From Clostridia bacterium (GTDB lineage Bacteria; Bacillota; Clostridia; Christensenellales; CAG-1252): 64,000 bases of DNA. Under the pieces are notes generated by a model. The model was not told where the DNA came from. It searched no databases and saw nothing but the letters and a program-made list of their open reading frames with translations. Shown piece by piece: positions 18,037-31,309 of this stretch. The DNA lies in the NCBI GenBank assembly GCA_017444385.1, contig JAFSWQ010000013.1, forward strand, positions 60,382 through 124,381, in the 5' to 3' direction. The position numbers were made by a program, and so were the translations under genes. Position 1 is the stretch's first letter. Each line of letters starts with the position of its first letter.

Positions 18037-21000
18037 ATGATTAAGGTATTCAAAAGTAACGACGCCGATTATTGCGCCGAATCCCTTATTGAGTCTTTGC
18101 GTAACCGTAAAGACGACAGGGAAATATTCATTATTTGTCCCGACGCTTATACGTTTTCGGTTGAAAACCAATTGGCGGGAATAGACGGAGCGGGATTTAA
18201 AGCGGAAGTTATGAGTTTCAGCCGCTTCGCGTCCTTAATTCTCGGAAACAAAATCAAGAAGTGTTTGACGCCCGTGGGCTGCACTATGATAATGACCAAG
18301 GCGTTGTACAACGTCAAGGACGATTTGAAGTACTACGGCTCGTCTTTATCTCGTAAGGGATTCGTAAACGAGATATACAGCTCTATCACCGCGATAAGAA
18401 GCAGCGGTATTTCGGTGGACGATTTGTTAAGAGCCGCCGAAAAGATGAAGGGCTACAACGCGGGCAAGACGAGAGACCTCGCCACCATTTATAACGCGTA
18501 CCTTAAAGAATTGCAGGGTAGGTATAACGATCCCACCACCCGCCTTGAAGCGCTCGTTAAAGAGATACCTAATTCGCAAAGGGTAAAGGACGGCGTATTC
18601 TGTATCGTTGACTTTTACGAATTCAACGCGGTTCAATATAAGGTGATCGAGCAACTTATGCGCAACGCCTACGAAGTGAATATCGCGGTAGTGGATCAAG
18701 GCGGCGGGCTCGGAAACAGGGCGATATATCCCGACGTTACCACCCAAGCCGTTAAGAATATGGGCAGGAAGGCGGGCTCACCTTATAAAGAGGTGGACTG
18801 TTTCTACTCGTTCAACGATTACTCGGATTCGATAATGAACAAACTTTACGACGTTTGCGGCGCGATAAATTGCAAAAAGGACGTCGAAGTCAAACTTCTC
18901 AATCCCCCCTCGCCTCAAGACGAAATAGACGGCGTTTTGAGAGAGATCGCCCGTCTCGTACGCGATGAAAACTATCGTTATAAGGATATCGCGGTGGTTG
19001 CGGGGGATATTTTAGACCCCACTATCGACAGCGCGTTCAGCGATTTTAACATCCCTTATTTCAAGAATAAGGAAGTTCCTTTGAGTGACGATCCCGCCGC
19101 AAAATACGTCCTTTCCCTTCTCAAACTCGCGGTCAACAATTACGAAAGAGAGACGGTTATTTCTTTCTTGCGAAATCCCCTTTCCCAAGTGTCCGCTCTC
19201 GATTCTCAAAAATTCGAGTTATTCGCGTTAAAATACGGCATAGATCGTTCGCGTTTCAAGAACCCCTTCGTTTATAGTACGAGCGGAAACATAAACGAGA
19301 AAGAAAAACTCGCTTTCGAGGAAGCGGAAAAGGTACGCGCTCGTTTTATCGAACAGCAAATAAAACTGGATTCTTCCGCTCTCGTAGAAACTTACGTCGA
19401 CGCGTTAAGAGATCACCTTAAAGAGATAAAGTACGACAAACACTTTAAGGATTATTATTACTCTTTAAAAGACGATCGCGACGCTATGAACAGGGCGGCG
19501 CAAGTTCCCGAAAAACTCTCCGCCGCGTTGGATACTATGAAAGAGTTACTCTCGGGGCTCGAACTTAATCTCTCTGACTTCGCCGATTTGCTGCGCGCTT
19601 CTCTTGAAGCGGTCAAAATCGCTTTAATACCTTCCATTAACGATTGCGTGTTCGTCGGTACTGCGAAGGATTGTAAGTACGAAAAGGTCAAAGCGCTCTT
19701 CGTCATAGGCGCGGCGGAAGGTAAGATACCCGCCGAAGAGGAGAGCGGAAGTATCTTGACGGACAACTATAATTCCGAGTTGCAAAGCCACGACCTCGTG
19801 ATAAGACCCGCGGTGAAAGAGGAAAACAAGTTTGCCAAATTCTGCCTTGCCGAGATTCTTTGCAAGCCGAGCAAATTGCTCGTCGTGAGTTGCCCCGAAT
19901 ACGACGTAAAAGGAGAAGCGGTGGTAAAATCCGAGTTATTCGATATGCTGTCGAGTATGTTCTCCGTGAAAGCCAAGAGCGGATTCGAGCACACGTTCGC
20001 TCAAAAAGCGGTCACCGAAAAACAATGCTTCAAACTTGCTTCGTACGGTGAGAAAAACGACAAAGATAATGAAAATAATTATAGCGCTCTGCGTTTGTCT
20101 TTGACCGAAGAAGACAGTAAAAAGGTAGATCGTATTTCCGAGCAGAGAAACAAGCCGGAAATAAAGGACGCCGCCGAACTGTTCTTGCCCAACAACAAGT
20201 CGAGCGTAAGCAAAATGGAATCCTATTTCTACTGCCCCTATCAATTCTTTATTCAGTATGGATTAAAGGCGCAAGAGAGGGAAACCGACGAAATAGCCGT
20301 CAACGAAACGGGTACCTTTATACACGAAGTCTTAGAAAGGTATTTCAAAGAGCATCTATCCACTTACGAAACCGATTCACCCGGTAAGAGAAGAATAGAC
20401 GCCGAAGAGATCGCCAAGAAGGTTTTAGACGAAGATCCCCGTTTGAAATCCTTGAAAGAGGACGTCGGTTCGCGTAGGGTGGACAGAATGCTTTACGAAG
20501 CGGTCGACGTTACGGTCGACCTCGCCGAGTTGTCTTTGAAAGGGGATTTCCGCCCCAAATACTTGGAAGCGAAATTCGACGATAACGGCGGCTTGCTCAA
20601 ATCCATCAAGTTGAAGTCGGGCACGGCTTTGACGGGAAAAATAGATAGAATAGACGTTTCGGACGATGATCTTATCGCCTTGGACTATAAAACCGGCGCG
20701 GTAGACGCAAAATTAAAAGACGTCTATTACGGTAGAAAAATACAGCTACTCGTCTACCTGAACGCTTTGAAGAGTATGTCTTATAGACCCGTAGGCGCGT
20801 TTTACGTCCCCGTAAACGCCTCTTACGGAAAGAGAGATTACGAGTTCGTCGGGCAAATGATAGATAGCAACGCGATTTATTTGAAACTCGACCGAGACCT
20901 TACCATTAACGAATCGAGCGAAGTAATAAGCGTTAAAAAGAAAAACGGCGCTATCAAGGGCGCGGGCGATCTGAAATGCGTCAAGGAAGATGAATTCGAC

Positions 21001-21207
21001 GCGTTGATGGATTACGTTATGAGGCTATTGGAATACGGTGACGCTCGAATAAGAGAGGGGAAAATAGAACCCACCCCACTCGCGGACAGTTGCGATAATT
21101 GTAAAATGAAACACATTTGCTACGAGGCTGAGCCGAAAAGAAGAAAATCAACCGAAAAGAAGATAGAAGACTTTATTTACGCGGAGAAGGAAGAAGACGA
21201 TGAGTAA
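18037..21207 (+). CDS. addB: AddB/RexB helicase-nuclease subunit
   Basis: SVSKMESYFYCPY, GKIDRID...DYKTG PD-(D/E)XK nuclease, C-terminal CxxC...C Fe-S staple. Confidence 0.9.
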   Translation: MIKVFKSNDADYCAESLIESLRNRKDDREIFIICPDAYTFSVENQLAGIDGAGFKAEVMSFSRFASLILGNKIKKCLTPVGCTMIMTKALYNVKDDLKYYGSSLSRKGFVNEIYSSITAIRSSGISVDDLLRAAEKMKGYNAGKTRDLATIYNAYLKELQGRYNDPTTRLEALVKEIPNSQRVKDGVFCIVDFYEFNAVQYKVIEQLMRNAYEVNIAVVDQGGGLGNRAIYPDVTTQAVKNMGRKAGSPYKEVDCFYSFNDYSDSIMNKLYDVCGAINCKKDVEVKLLNPPSPQDEIDGVLREIARLVRDENYRYKDIAVVAGDILDPTIDSAFSDFNIPYFKNKEVPLSDDPAAKYVLSLLKLAVNNYERETVISFLRNPLSQVSALDSQKFELFALKYGIDRSRFKNPFVYSTSGNINEKEKLAFEEAEKVRARFIEQQIKLDSSALVETYVDALRDHLKEIKYDKHFKDYYYSLKDDRDAMNRAAQVPEKLSAALDTMKELLSGLELNLSDFADLLRASLEAVKIALIPSINDCVFVGTAKDCKYEKVKALFVIGAAEGKIPAEEESGSILTDNYNSELQSHDLVIRPAVKEENKFAKFCLAEILCKPSKLLVVSCPEYDVKGEAVVKSELFDMLSSMFSVKAKSGFEHTFAQKAVTEKQCFKLASYGEKNDKDNENNYSALRLSLTEEDSKKVDRISEQRNKPEIKDAAELFLPNNKSSVSKMESYFYCPYQFFIQYGLKAQERETDEIAVNETGTFIHEVLERYFKEHLSTYETDSPGKRRIDAEEIAKKVLDEDPRLKSLKEDVGSRRVDRMLYEAVDVTVDLAELSLKGDFRPKYLEAKFDDNGGLLKSIKLKSGTALTGKIDRIDVSDDDLIALDYKTGAVDAKLKDVYYGRKIQLLVYLNALKSMSYRPVGAFYVPVNASYGKRDYEFVGQMIDSNAIYLKLDRDLTINESSEVISVKKKNGAIKGAGDLKCVKEDEFDALMDYVMRLLEYGDARIREGKIEPTPLADSCDNCKMKHICYEAEPKRRKSTEKKIEDFIYAEKEEDDE

Positions 21208-24200
21208 TAAGTGGACTGATGATCAAAAAATGGCGATAGAAAGCAAAAGTAAGACCATTATGGTAAGCGCGGCGGCGGGCACGGGTAAAACCAGCGCTAT
21301 GATCGAGCGCGCGGTCAGGCTCATAGTGGATGAGAAAGTCCCTATCGAGCGAATAATGATGTTGTCTTACAACAACAAGTCGGGCAACGAGTTGAAAACG
21401 AAGTTAAGGAAGGCTCTCATCGAAAGGGCAAAATCCACCGCTGACGTTTCAATCCAAGATTGGATACGCGCTCAATTGGATAGTTTTTCCCGCGCGGACA
21501 TAGGCACGATACACGGTTATTGCTTCGATATAGTAAAGGAATTCTTCTATAAAGTAGGGCAGTCCCCCGACCTCGTGGTAATAGACGAAAACGACTCTAA
21601 CGAGTTAAAGGCGAAAGCGATGAAGGAAGCCTTCAAAGAGTACGAAGTAACCTCTAATATAATAGAGCTTATCGATAAACTCTCGTTAAGAAAGGACGAC
21701 AAGTTTATAGGCATCGTCGAAAAACTGTACGACTATATGGTCGTACAAGAAGAAAGAGAAAAATGGTTGAATAATGCGTATGCGATATACGATACATCCG
21801 CCGATTTTGAAGATAGCCCCATCGCTCGCTATATAGTCGAATACTTCAATGACGTTTGCGGGAAGATAATGAAAATCGCTTCCTCGCAAGTGGAAAGGAT
21901 CAAAAAAGGGGACGTAAGATGTGAAAAGTACGCCGAAAAACTAATACCTTATTTGGATAACTTTGACGAACTCGTGAGCGTTAGAGATTTGTTCAACGCA
22001 TATAAGGATTTCGCCGCTAAAGGAAGACCGAGCGATCACCATGCTAGAATAAACATAGACGCTGATTTGTTCAACGAGATGAAAACGACTTACGATGCGT
22101 TTAAAGACAACGTTATCCCTCAAATGAAAGAATTGTTCGACTCTTCGACGAGCTACGAAGAATTGATCGATACCCGCAATAAAGCGGCGGAACAAGTGAA
22201 AGCGTTGATCGACGCGACTCTTATATTCCAAAGAAAATACGATGAATTGAAAACCGAAGAGGGCGTCGTCGACTTCCAAGACTTATTGAGATACACTTGG
22301 ATCATTCTCAACGATAAAGAAGACGATGAAGAAGTCGGCAAGATATGCAAGGATATACGCTCCCGCCACGATTACGTCTTCCTCGACGAAGCGCAGGACG
22401 TCAACTATTTGCAAAACGCCGTCATTCGCAGTATAGCCGAGGGCGCGAATTTTTACGTCGTTGGCGACGTGAAACAAAGCATATATCGCTTCCAATTGGC
22501 TGAACCCAATATTTTCCTTAATTCCTTTAACGAGATATCCGGGAAGGGCGAAGGCATATCGTTCAGAGCCAACTTCCGTTCGGAAACCGATATCCTTGAA
22601 TTCGTCAATCGCGCGTTTTCTATCCTTATGACTAAAGACTTCGGTAAGATCGCCTACGGCGACGAAAGCGCGGGACATAAATTCAATTTCACCCCGAAGG
22701 AATGTAGAAACGATATCCCCGCCGTCTCTCTTTTATTCTCAAACGGTTTAAAGCTTGAGAAAAACGACGCAGAATCCGAGGAAGAAGAGAATAAACCCGA
22801 AGAACCGAGCGGCGAAGAGCAAGAAGCGGGCGCGAAACCCGATAAGGTTTACGATATGTTCGCAGCGTCCACAGATAATAAGGCAAAGGACGACGCTTAC
22901 GCCGAGGCGGGGCTTATCAAAGCGTATATCGACGAAGCAGTCGGCAAAATGGCATACGTTCCCGAGGACGGTGAAATTCATCACCGTAAGTTAGAGCATA
23001 AGGATATCGTTATACTTTACAGGGCGCGCAGTCAAGCTAATAAAACCTTGGAAGCGTTATCTGCGGCGGGCGTTCCTTTGAATTTGGGTAAATTCGAGGG
23101 CGAGATAGGTCAGGATGAACTCGATATGGTAATGGACTATTTGTCCATAATAGACAACGTTTACGACGACTACGCGCTCATCGCTTCCTTACACTCGTAC
23201 GTGGGCGGAATGACCAACGAAGAGCTTGCCGACGTTAGACGGAAATACCCCCATGAAAAAACCTTCGCCGAAGCGTGTTTGCTTTACGCCAAATCTAATA
23301 ACGAGTATGCAGACAAGTATAAACAATTCTTCGATGACGTAGAAAGATTCAGAAAGTTATCAGCCTACACCGAGGTATCCGAATTCGTTAAAATCGTGAT
23401 GGAAGAGAGCGGTTTTGCGACTTATATCGCTTCGGGTTTGGGCGGATTGCAAAAGATAGCCGCCATTAACGGTTACGTTTACGGAGTTAAAGGTAAACAA
23501 TGGGCGAACGATCTTCACTCTTTCGTCGTTCATTATAGAGAGAACGAAAAGCCCAAACTTAAAGGCGCGTCTTCGAGAGCGGACGGCGTTTCCTTCTATA
23601 CCTGCCACGAAACCAAGGGTTTGGACTACCCCGTCGTTATTCTCGCGGGGTTATACGGCGATAAAAGAGGGGACGGCAAGAACATTCTCGTCGATAGAGA
23701 GTTCGGCGCGGCGATGGATTATTACGATCCCACCGACCAATCCATTCATACGCCTTTCGACGTGAACGCCACCGTGTTGAAGAAAAAGAACGACGAAAAA
23801 GAAGACGAATTGCGCCTACTCTACGTCGCTCTTACCCGCGCTAAATGCGCCCTCGCCATAGTTTGCGACGAAAGCAAGCCTTGCCCGGCTCTTCCCGAAT
23901 TCGGCAAAAAGTTCGGCGATTGGATCAATTATTGCCTTGCCAATTATCCCGATACGTTCAAAGAGTATAAGCATTATCTAACGCCTTATCAATTCAACTT
24001 CAACGACGATGCCGATAATGATAAAAATAAAACCAAAAAGGGCACCTGTGGCGACGATAAGAGTAAAGAAGAAGAACAAGCCAAAAATGAGAAAATCGCC
24101 AAAATTCACGAAGAGGTCGAAAAAGTATTGAGGGCGGAATATCCTCATCGAGACGCCACCAAATTGCACAGCAAGTACAGCGTTTCCGAATTGAATTCGG

Positions 24201-24742
24201 AAGAAAAAATACCCGCGCCTAAACTCTTCGTAGAGGAAGAGGATAGGGCGAAGAAGGGTACGAACTACCATCTTGTAATGCAGTACGTCGATTTATTTGC
24301 CGAGACCGTCGAAGACGTTAAGAAGAGTATAGCCTCTCTCGTCGAAGACGAGATATTGACCGAGGAACAGGCGAGAGAGATAAAGCCCGAAGAGATACTC
24401 GCGTTCTTGAATACCTCGATTGGCGTTGAGGCTAAAAACGTCGAGACCCTTCGCGAAAAGAGGTTTATCTATCGCAAGAAAGCGAAAGAACTCAACGCTT
24501 ACGGCTCTTCTGATATCGGCGACGAGGAAACCCTCATACAAGGCGTTATAGATATGCTTATTATAGGTGAAAAAGTCATACTCGTGGATTTTAAGAAGTC
24601 CGACTCGACCGACGAAGTTTTGCGCGATCGTTACAAAGAGCAACTCGATCTTTACGCCGAGGCGGTGGAAAAAGGACTATCGAGAAAGGTCGACGAAAAG
24701 TATCTTTACGTATTCGGACGGAATAAACTCGTCAAAATGTAA
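21200..24742 (+). CDS. addA: AddA/RexA helicase-nuclease subunit
   Basis: AAAGTGKT, DEAQD, VGDVKQSIYRF, NFRS, RLLYVALTRA, QGVIDM...VDFK. Confidence 0.92.
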   Translation: MSNKWTDDQKMAIESKSKTIMVSAAAGTGKTSAMIERAVRLIVDEKVPIERIMMLSYNNKSGNELKTKLRKALIERAKSTADVSIQDWIRAQLDSFSRADIGTIHGYCFDIVKEFFYKVGQSPDLVVIDENDSNELKAKAMKEAFKEYEVTSNIIELIDKLSLRKDDKFIGIVEKLYDYMVVQEEREKWLNNAYAIYDTSADFEDSPIARYIVEYFNDVCGKIMKIASSQVERIKKGDVRCEKYAEKLIPYLDNFDELVSVRDLFNAYKDFAAKGRPSDHHARINIDADLFNEMKTTYDAFKDNVIPQMKELFDSSTSYEELIDTRNKAAEQVKALIDATLIFQRKYDELKTEEGVVDFQDLLRYTWIILNDKEDDEEVGKICKDIRSRHDYVFLDEAQDVNYLQNAVIRSIAEGANFYVVGDVKQSIYRFQLAEPNIFLNSFNEISGKGEGISFRANFRSETDILEFVNRAFSILMTKDFGKIAYGDESAGHKFNFTPKECRNDIPAVSLLFSNGLKLEKNDAESEEEENKPEEPSGEEQEAGAKPDKVYDMFAASTDNKAKDDAYAEAGLIKAYIDEAVGKMAYVPEDGEIHHRKLEHKDIVILYRARSQANKTLEALSAAGVPLNLGKFEGEIGQDELDMVMDYLSIIDNVYDDYALIASLHSYVGGMTNEELADVRRKYPHEKTFAEACLLYAKSNNEYADKYKQFFDDVERFRKLSAYTEVSEFVKIVMEESGFATYIASGLGGLQKIAAINGYVYGVKGKQWANDLHSFVVHYRENEKPKLKGASSRADGVSFYTCHETKGLDYPVVILAGLYGDKRGDGKNILVDREFGAAMDYYDPTDQSIHTPFDVNATVLKKKNDEKEDELRLLYVALTRAKCALAIVCDESKPCPALPEFGKKFGDWINYCLANYPDTFKEYKHYLTPYQFNFNDDADNDKNKTKKGTCGDDKSKEEEQAKNEKIAKIHEEVEKVLRAEYPHRDATKLHSKYSVSELNSEEKIPAPKLFVEEEDRAKKGTNYHLVMQYVDLFAETVEDVKKSIASLVEDEILTEEQAREIKPEEILAFLNTSIGVEAKNVETLREKRFIYRKKAKELNAYGSSDIGDEETLIQGVIDMLIIGEKVILVDFKKSDSTDEVLRDRYKEQLDLYAEAVEKGLSRKVDEKYLYVFGRNKLVKM

Positions 24743-24833
24743 TATCTTCGCGGCGAAGTATTCGCTTCTCGAAAGATAACTTTGCTTAAAGATCCTTTGA
24801 GAATAGTGTGCGACAAACGAGCAAAAACGGAAT

Positions 24834-24860
24834 AGACGTTTCGACAAATTCAACGTGACG
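24834..24860. repeat. Degenerate CGTC REP-like unit (inverted B)
   Basis: AGACGTTTCGACAAATTCAACGTGACG. Confidence 0.65.
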
Positions 24861-24898
24861 AATATCCTAACACCGTTAATTTAAGTTGTCATAAGCCC

Positions 24899-24921
24899 AA
24901 AACGCCCTTCGGGGCGTTTTT
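24899..24921 (+). terminator. Terminator after addA
   Basis: AAAACGCCC-TTCG-GGGCGTTTTT. Confidence 0.8.
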
Positions 24922-25095
24922 CTATATTCTTGCGTTTGAGTTATTCGATAAATCGGTTTATAAGTATTATTGATAGAAATAATAAATCCTGTTTATATGT
25001 CCAAAAAATACAGTAAAAAATGTCGAAATCCTCTTTTTTCACGACCGTAAAGCGTGCTATAATAAACCCATATTTTAATTATTACGGAGGCGAAA

Positions 25096-28070
<2,975 letters not shown>

Positions 28071-28098
28071 TAAACTATCGTTTAATAATATGACTTTT

Positions 28099-28126
28099 AA
28101 GAAGGGACGGTTCCGTCCCTTCTTTT
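28099..28126 (+). terminator. Terminator after gdhA
   Basis: Perfect AAGAAGGGACGG-TT-CCGTCCCTTCTT hairpin plus T-run. Confidence 0.85.
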
Positions 28127-28532
28127 GTTCGGACTCGCTAAAGCTCGATAATTCCTTGAATAAGGCTGTCGTACTTTGTGCTTTACCGTACTTATATTAA
28201 TTGCCGGCATTCCCGCGCCTCGTCTTTTCGTCGCTCGGCGTACTCGCGATTTTTCGATAAACGAGATCCTCGGATATATCCGCGGATACCCAAAACACAA
28301 GATTTTTGGATTTTTCCGTTCGTCGCTTGTTTTTTACCCTCGTTTTTCGCCTATTTTGTAAAAATGTTTAATATTATTAAACCGCGTACTATTAGGCGAA
28401 ATTCTCCTAAACTACCCGATTTTGTCGATTATTCGACTTGTTTTTCCTTTCGCTCTCTATCTTACCCTTATCGTTTGACTCGATACGCTTTGTTTTTTGC
28501 CCGTTTTGCGATCCTTCCTTTAGTATTCCTAA

Positions 28533-28580
28533 ACACAATATATTGTGGTCAAGCGTTTTTTGCAATACAATATGTAGTAA
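28533..28580. promoter_or_regulatory. Tandem NrdR boxes
   Basis: ACACAATATATTGTGG (28533) and ATACAATATGTAGTAA (28565), 32 bp apart, upstream of nrdD. Confidence 0.88.
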
Positions 28581-28608
28581 TTCTACAGTTATAAAATCTT
28601 TTTTCGTA

Positions 28609-28637
28609 TTGACTTTTTCTATTCAAAGGTTTATAAT
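28609..28637 (+). promoter_or_regulatory. Sigma-A promoter of nrdD
   Basis: TTGACT-17-TATAAT. Confidence 0.75.
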
Positions 28638-28722
28638 AATATCGAAGTTTAGGAGATCGCCGAAAAGCAGTTACCTAATTTTTTTTACTCTGTTTTTTCG
28701 TCGATATCTATGGAGGTAATTT

Positions 28723-31086
28723 ATGTATAGAATCAAGAAAAGAGACGGATCGGTGGTAGATTTTAATCTCACCAAAATCAAGATCGCAATGCAAAAAGCG
28801 TTCGAAGCGACTTCGACGCCTTACGAAGACGACGTATTGGATTTGTTGTCTTTGAAAGTTACCGCGCAGTTCGCGCCCAAGGTAAACGACGGGCTCGTCA
28901 CCGTCGAGGATATCCAAGACAGCGTGGAAGTCGTGTTGATACAGGCGGGTTACGTTTCGGTAGCGAAAGCCTATATCCTTTATCGTAAGAGTCACGAAAG
29001 CATCAGAGAGATCAAATCCACCGTCATCAACTATAAAAAGACTATCGACGATTATCTTCACATTAAAGACTGGCGCGTAAAAGAGAACAGCACCGTTACC
29101 TATTCGGTAGGCGGTTTGATCCTTTCCAACTCGGGCGCTTTGACCGCAAACTATTGGCTCAGCGAAGTCTACGACAAAGAGATAGCCGAGGCTCATCGTA
29201 ATGCGGATATCCATATTCACGACCTGTCTATGCTTACCGGTTATTGCGCCGGTTGGTCGTTGAAACAACTCATAAAAGAGGGCTTGGGCGGTATAGTCGG
29301 CAAAATAACTTCTTCCCCCGCTTCTCACCTTTCCACCCTTTGTAATCAAATGGTCAACTTCTTAGGAATAATGCAAAACGAATGGGCGGGCGCGCAAGCG
29401 TTCTCTTCCTTCGACACCTATCTCGCGCCTTTCGTAAAGATAGACAACTTATCCTATAAAGAAGTTAAACAATGCATACAATCCTTTATATACGGCGTAA
29501 ACACCCCCAGCCGTTGGGGTACGCAAGCGCCTTTCACCAATATCACTTTGGACTGGGTAGTCCCCAACGACCTCGCCGAACTCAACTGTATCGTCGGCGG
29601 TAAAGAAGTGGACTTCAAGTACAAGGATTGCGTAAAAGAAATGGCGATGGTCAACAAAGCGTTCATCGAGATAATGATAGAGGGCGACGCGAACGGAAGA
29701 GGATTCCAATATCCTATCCCCACCTATTCCATCACCCGCGATTTCGATTGGTCGGAGACCGAGAACAACAAACTTCTCTTTGAAATGACCGCCAAATACG
29801 GCACCCCTTATTTCTCTAACTATATCAACAGCGATATGGAACCTTCCGACGTTCGCAGTATGTGCTGCCGTTTGCGTTTGGATTTGAGAGAACTCCGCAA
29901 AAAGTCGGGCGGCTTCTTCGGCAGCGGCGAAAGCACTGGTTCTATCGGCGTAGTCACTTTGAATATGCCTCGTATCGCGTATCTTTCGGAAGACGAAGAC
30001 GAATTCTTCGCTCGTTTGGACAAGATGATGGATATATCAGCGCGTTCCTTGAAAGTCAAGAGAGACGTCATCTCGGGTCTTCTCGAAAACGGGCTCTATC
30101 CTTACACCAAACGCTATCTCGGCACCTTCAACAATCACTTCTCGACCATCGGTTTGGTCGGTATGAACGAGGCTTGCCTTAACGCCAAGTGGTTGAAGAA
30201 AGACCTCACTAATCCCGAATCCGTCGAGTTCACCAAGAAGGTTCTCAACCATATGAGAGAAAGACTTTCCGACTATCAAGAGATGTACGGCGACCTCTAC
30301 AACCTCGAAGCGACCCCCGCCGAGTCCACCTCTTATCGTTTGGCTAAACACGACAAGGCGCGTTTCCCCGATATGATCTTCGCTAATATGGACGGCGTTC
30401 CCTATTACACCAACAGCTCTCACCTTCCCGTCGGTTATACCGAGGACATTTTCACCGCCTTGGATATACAGGACGAACTTCAAACCCTCTATACTTCGGG
30501 TACCGTATTCCACGCTTTTTTGGGTCAAAAACTTCCCGATTGGCGCGCCGCGGCTAAACTCGTAAAAAAGATTGCAGAGAACTATCGTTTGCCTTACTAC
30601 ACCATGTCGCCTACTTATTCGGTTTGCGCAGAACACGGCTATTTGGCGGGCGAAGTCCACAGCTGTCCCGTTTGCGGCAAGACGACCGAGATATACAGCC
30701 GTATAACCGGTTACTATCGTCCCGTACAAAACTGGAACGACGGTAAGTCTCAAGAATTTAAGGATCGTCGCACTTACGATATCGAACACAGCATATTGAA
30801 AAAGACAAAGAACGTCGAAGAGGTAAAGGAAGAAACCGTTTCTTGTAAGCCCACCATCGACAAGCTCACCCTCTTTACGAGAAAGACCTGCCCCAACTGC
30901 AAGATGGCTAAATCCGTTTTGGACAAGAAGGGTATCGAATACGCGGTAATAGACGCCGAAGAAAACGTCGAATTGACTCGTTCGTTGGGCATTCAATCCG
31001 CCCCCACTTTGGTAGTACCCACCGAGGACGGAATAAAGACCATAGTCAACGTCAGCAACATTAGAGCCTTCGTCGAAAGCAAGTAA
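28723..31086 (+). CDS. nrdD: Class III anaerobic ribonucleotide reductase with N-terminal ATP cone and C-terminal NrdH/glutaredoxin-like domain
   Basis: IKKRDG ATP cone, HIHDL...GYC, SMCCRL, Zn site CAEH...CPVC, glycyl loop RITGYY, C-terminal TCPNC...SAPTLVV. Confidence 0.95.
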   Translation: MYRIKKRDGSVVDFNLTKIKIAMQKAFEATSTPYEDDVLDLLSLKVTAQFAPKVNDGLVTVEDIQDSVEVVLIQAGYVSVAKAYILYRKSHESIREIKSTVINYKKTIDDYLHIKDWRVKENSTVTYSVGGLILSNSGALTANYWLSEVYDKEIAEAHRNADIHIHDLSMLTGYCAGWSLKQLIKEGLGGIVGKITSSPASHLSTLCNQMVNFLGIMQNEWAGAQAFSSFDTYLAPFVKIDNLSYKEVKQCIQSFIYGVNTPSRWGTQAPFTNITLDWVVPNDLAELNCIVGGKEVDFKYKDCVKEMAMVNKAFIEIMIEGDANGRGFQYPIPTYSITRDFDWSETENNKLLFEMTAKYGTPYFSNYINSDMEPSDVRSMCCRLRLDLRELRKKSGGFFGSGESTGSIGVVTLNMPRIAYLSEDEDEFFARLDKMMDISARSLKVKRDVISGLLENGLYPYTKRYLGTFNNHFSTIGLVGMNEACLNAKWLKKDLTNPESVEFTKKVLNHMRERLSDYQEMYGDLYNLEATPAESTSYRLAKHDKARFPDMIFANMDGVPYYTNSSHLPVGYTEDIFTALDIQDELQTLYTSGTVFHAFLGQKLPDWRAAAKLVKKIAENYRLPYYTMSPTYSVCAEHGYLAGEVHSCPVCGKTTEIYSRITGYYRPVQNWNDGKSQEFKDRRTYDIEHSILKKTKNVEEVKEETVSCKPTIDKLTLFTRKTCPNCKMAKSVLDKKGIEYAVIDAEENVELTRSLGIQSAPTLVVPTEDGIKTIVNVSNIRAFVESK

Positions 31087-31125
31087 GAGAAGGTCTGCTA
31101 CTTATTCAAGCCTTTCAATGCGGAA

Positions 31126-31204
31126 GAGAAGTTTCGACAAAGAGGCATGACGAATAAAAACACGTCATCCTGAGCCTGTCGAATGATCCCCTAACGCGAA
31201 GCAG
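31126..31204. repeat. CGTC REP-like pair
   Basis: Degenerate inverted B plus CGTCATCCTGAGCCTGTCGAATGATCCCCTAACGCGAAGCAG. Confidence 0.75.
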
Positions 31205-31263
31205 TACCTCAAAAATAACCCCGCGCGAAGCGGTTAAAATCAATAATCAACTTAAAAACAAAC

Positions 31264-31297
31264 TGAAAAAGCGTAAGAAATTCTCACGCTTTTTTCA
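31264..31297 (+). terminator. Terminator-like hairpin immediately before the trxB SD
   Basis: TGAAAAAGCGT...ACGCTTTTTTCA. Confidence 0.5.
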
Positions 31298-31309
31298 AAA
31301 AGGAGAAGT

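Noticed and set aside
28176-28719. ORFs of 61-138 aa between gdhA and nrdD
   Set aside because: Low-complexity F/R/S-rich translations without SD, overlapping the NrdR boxes and promoter
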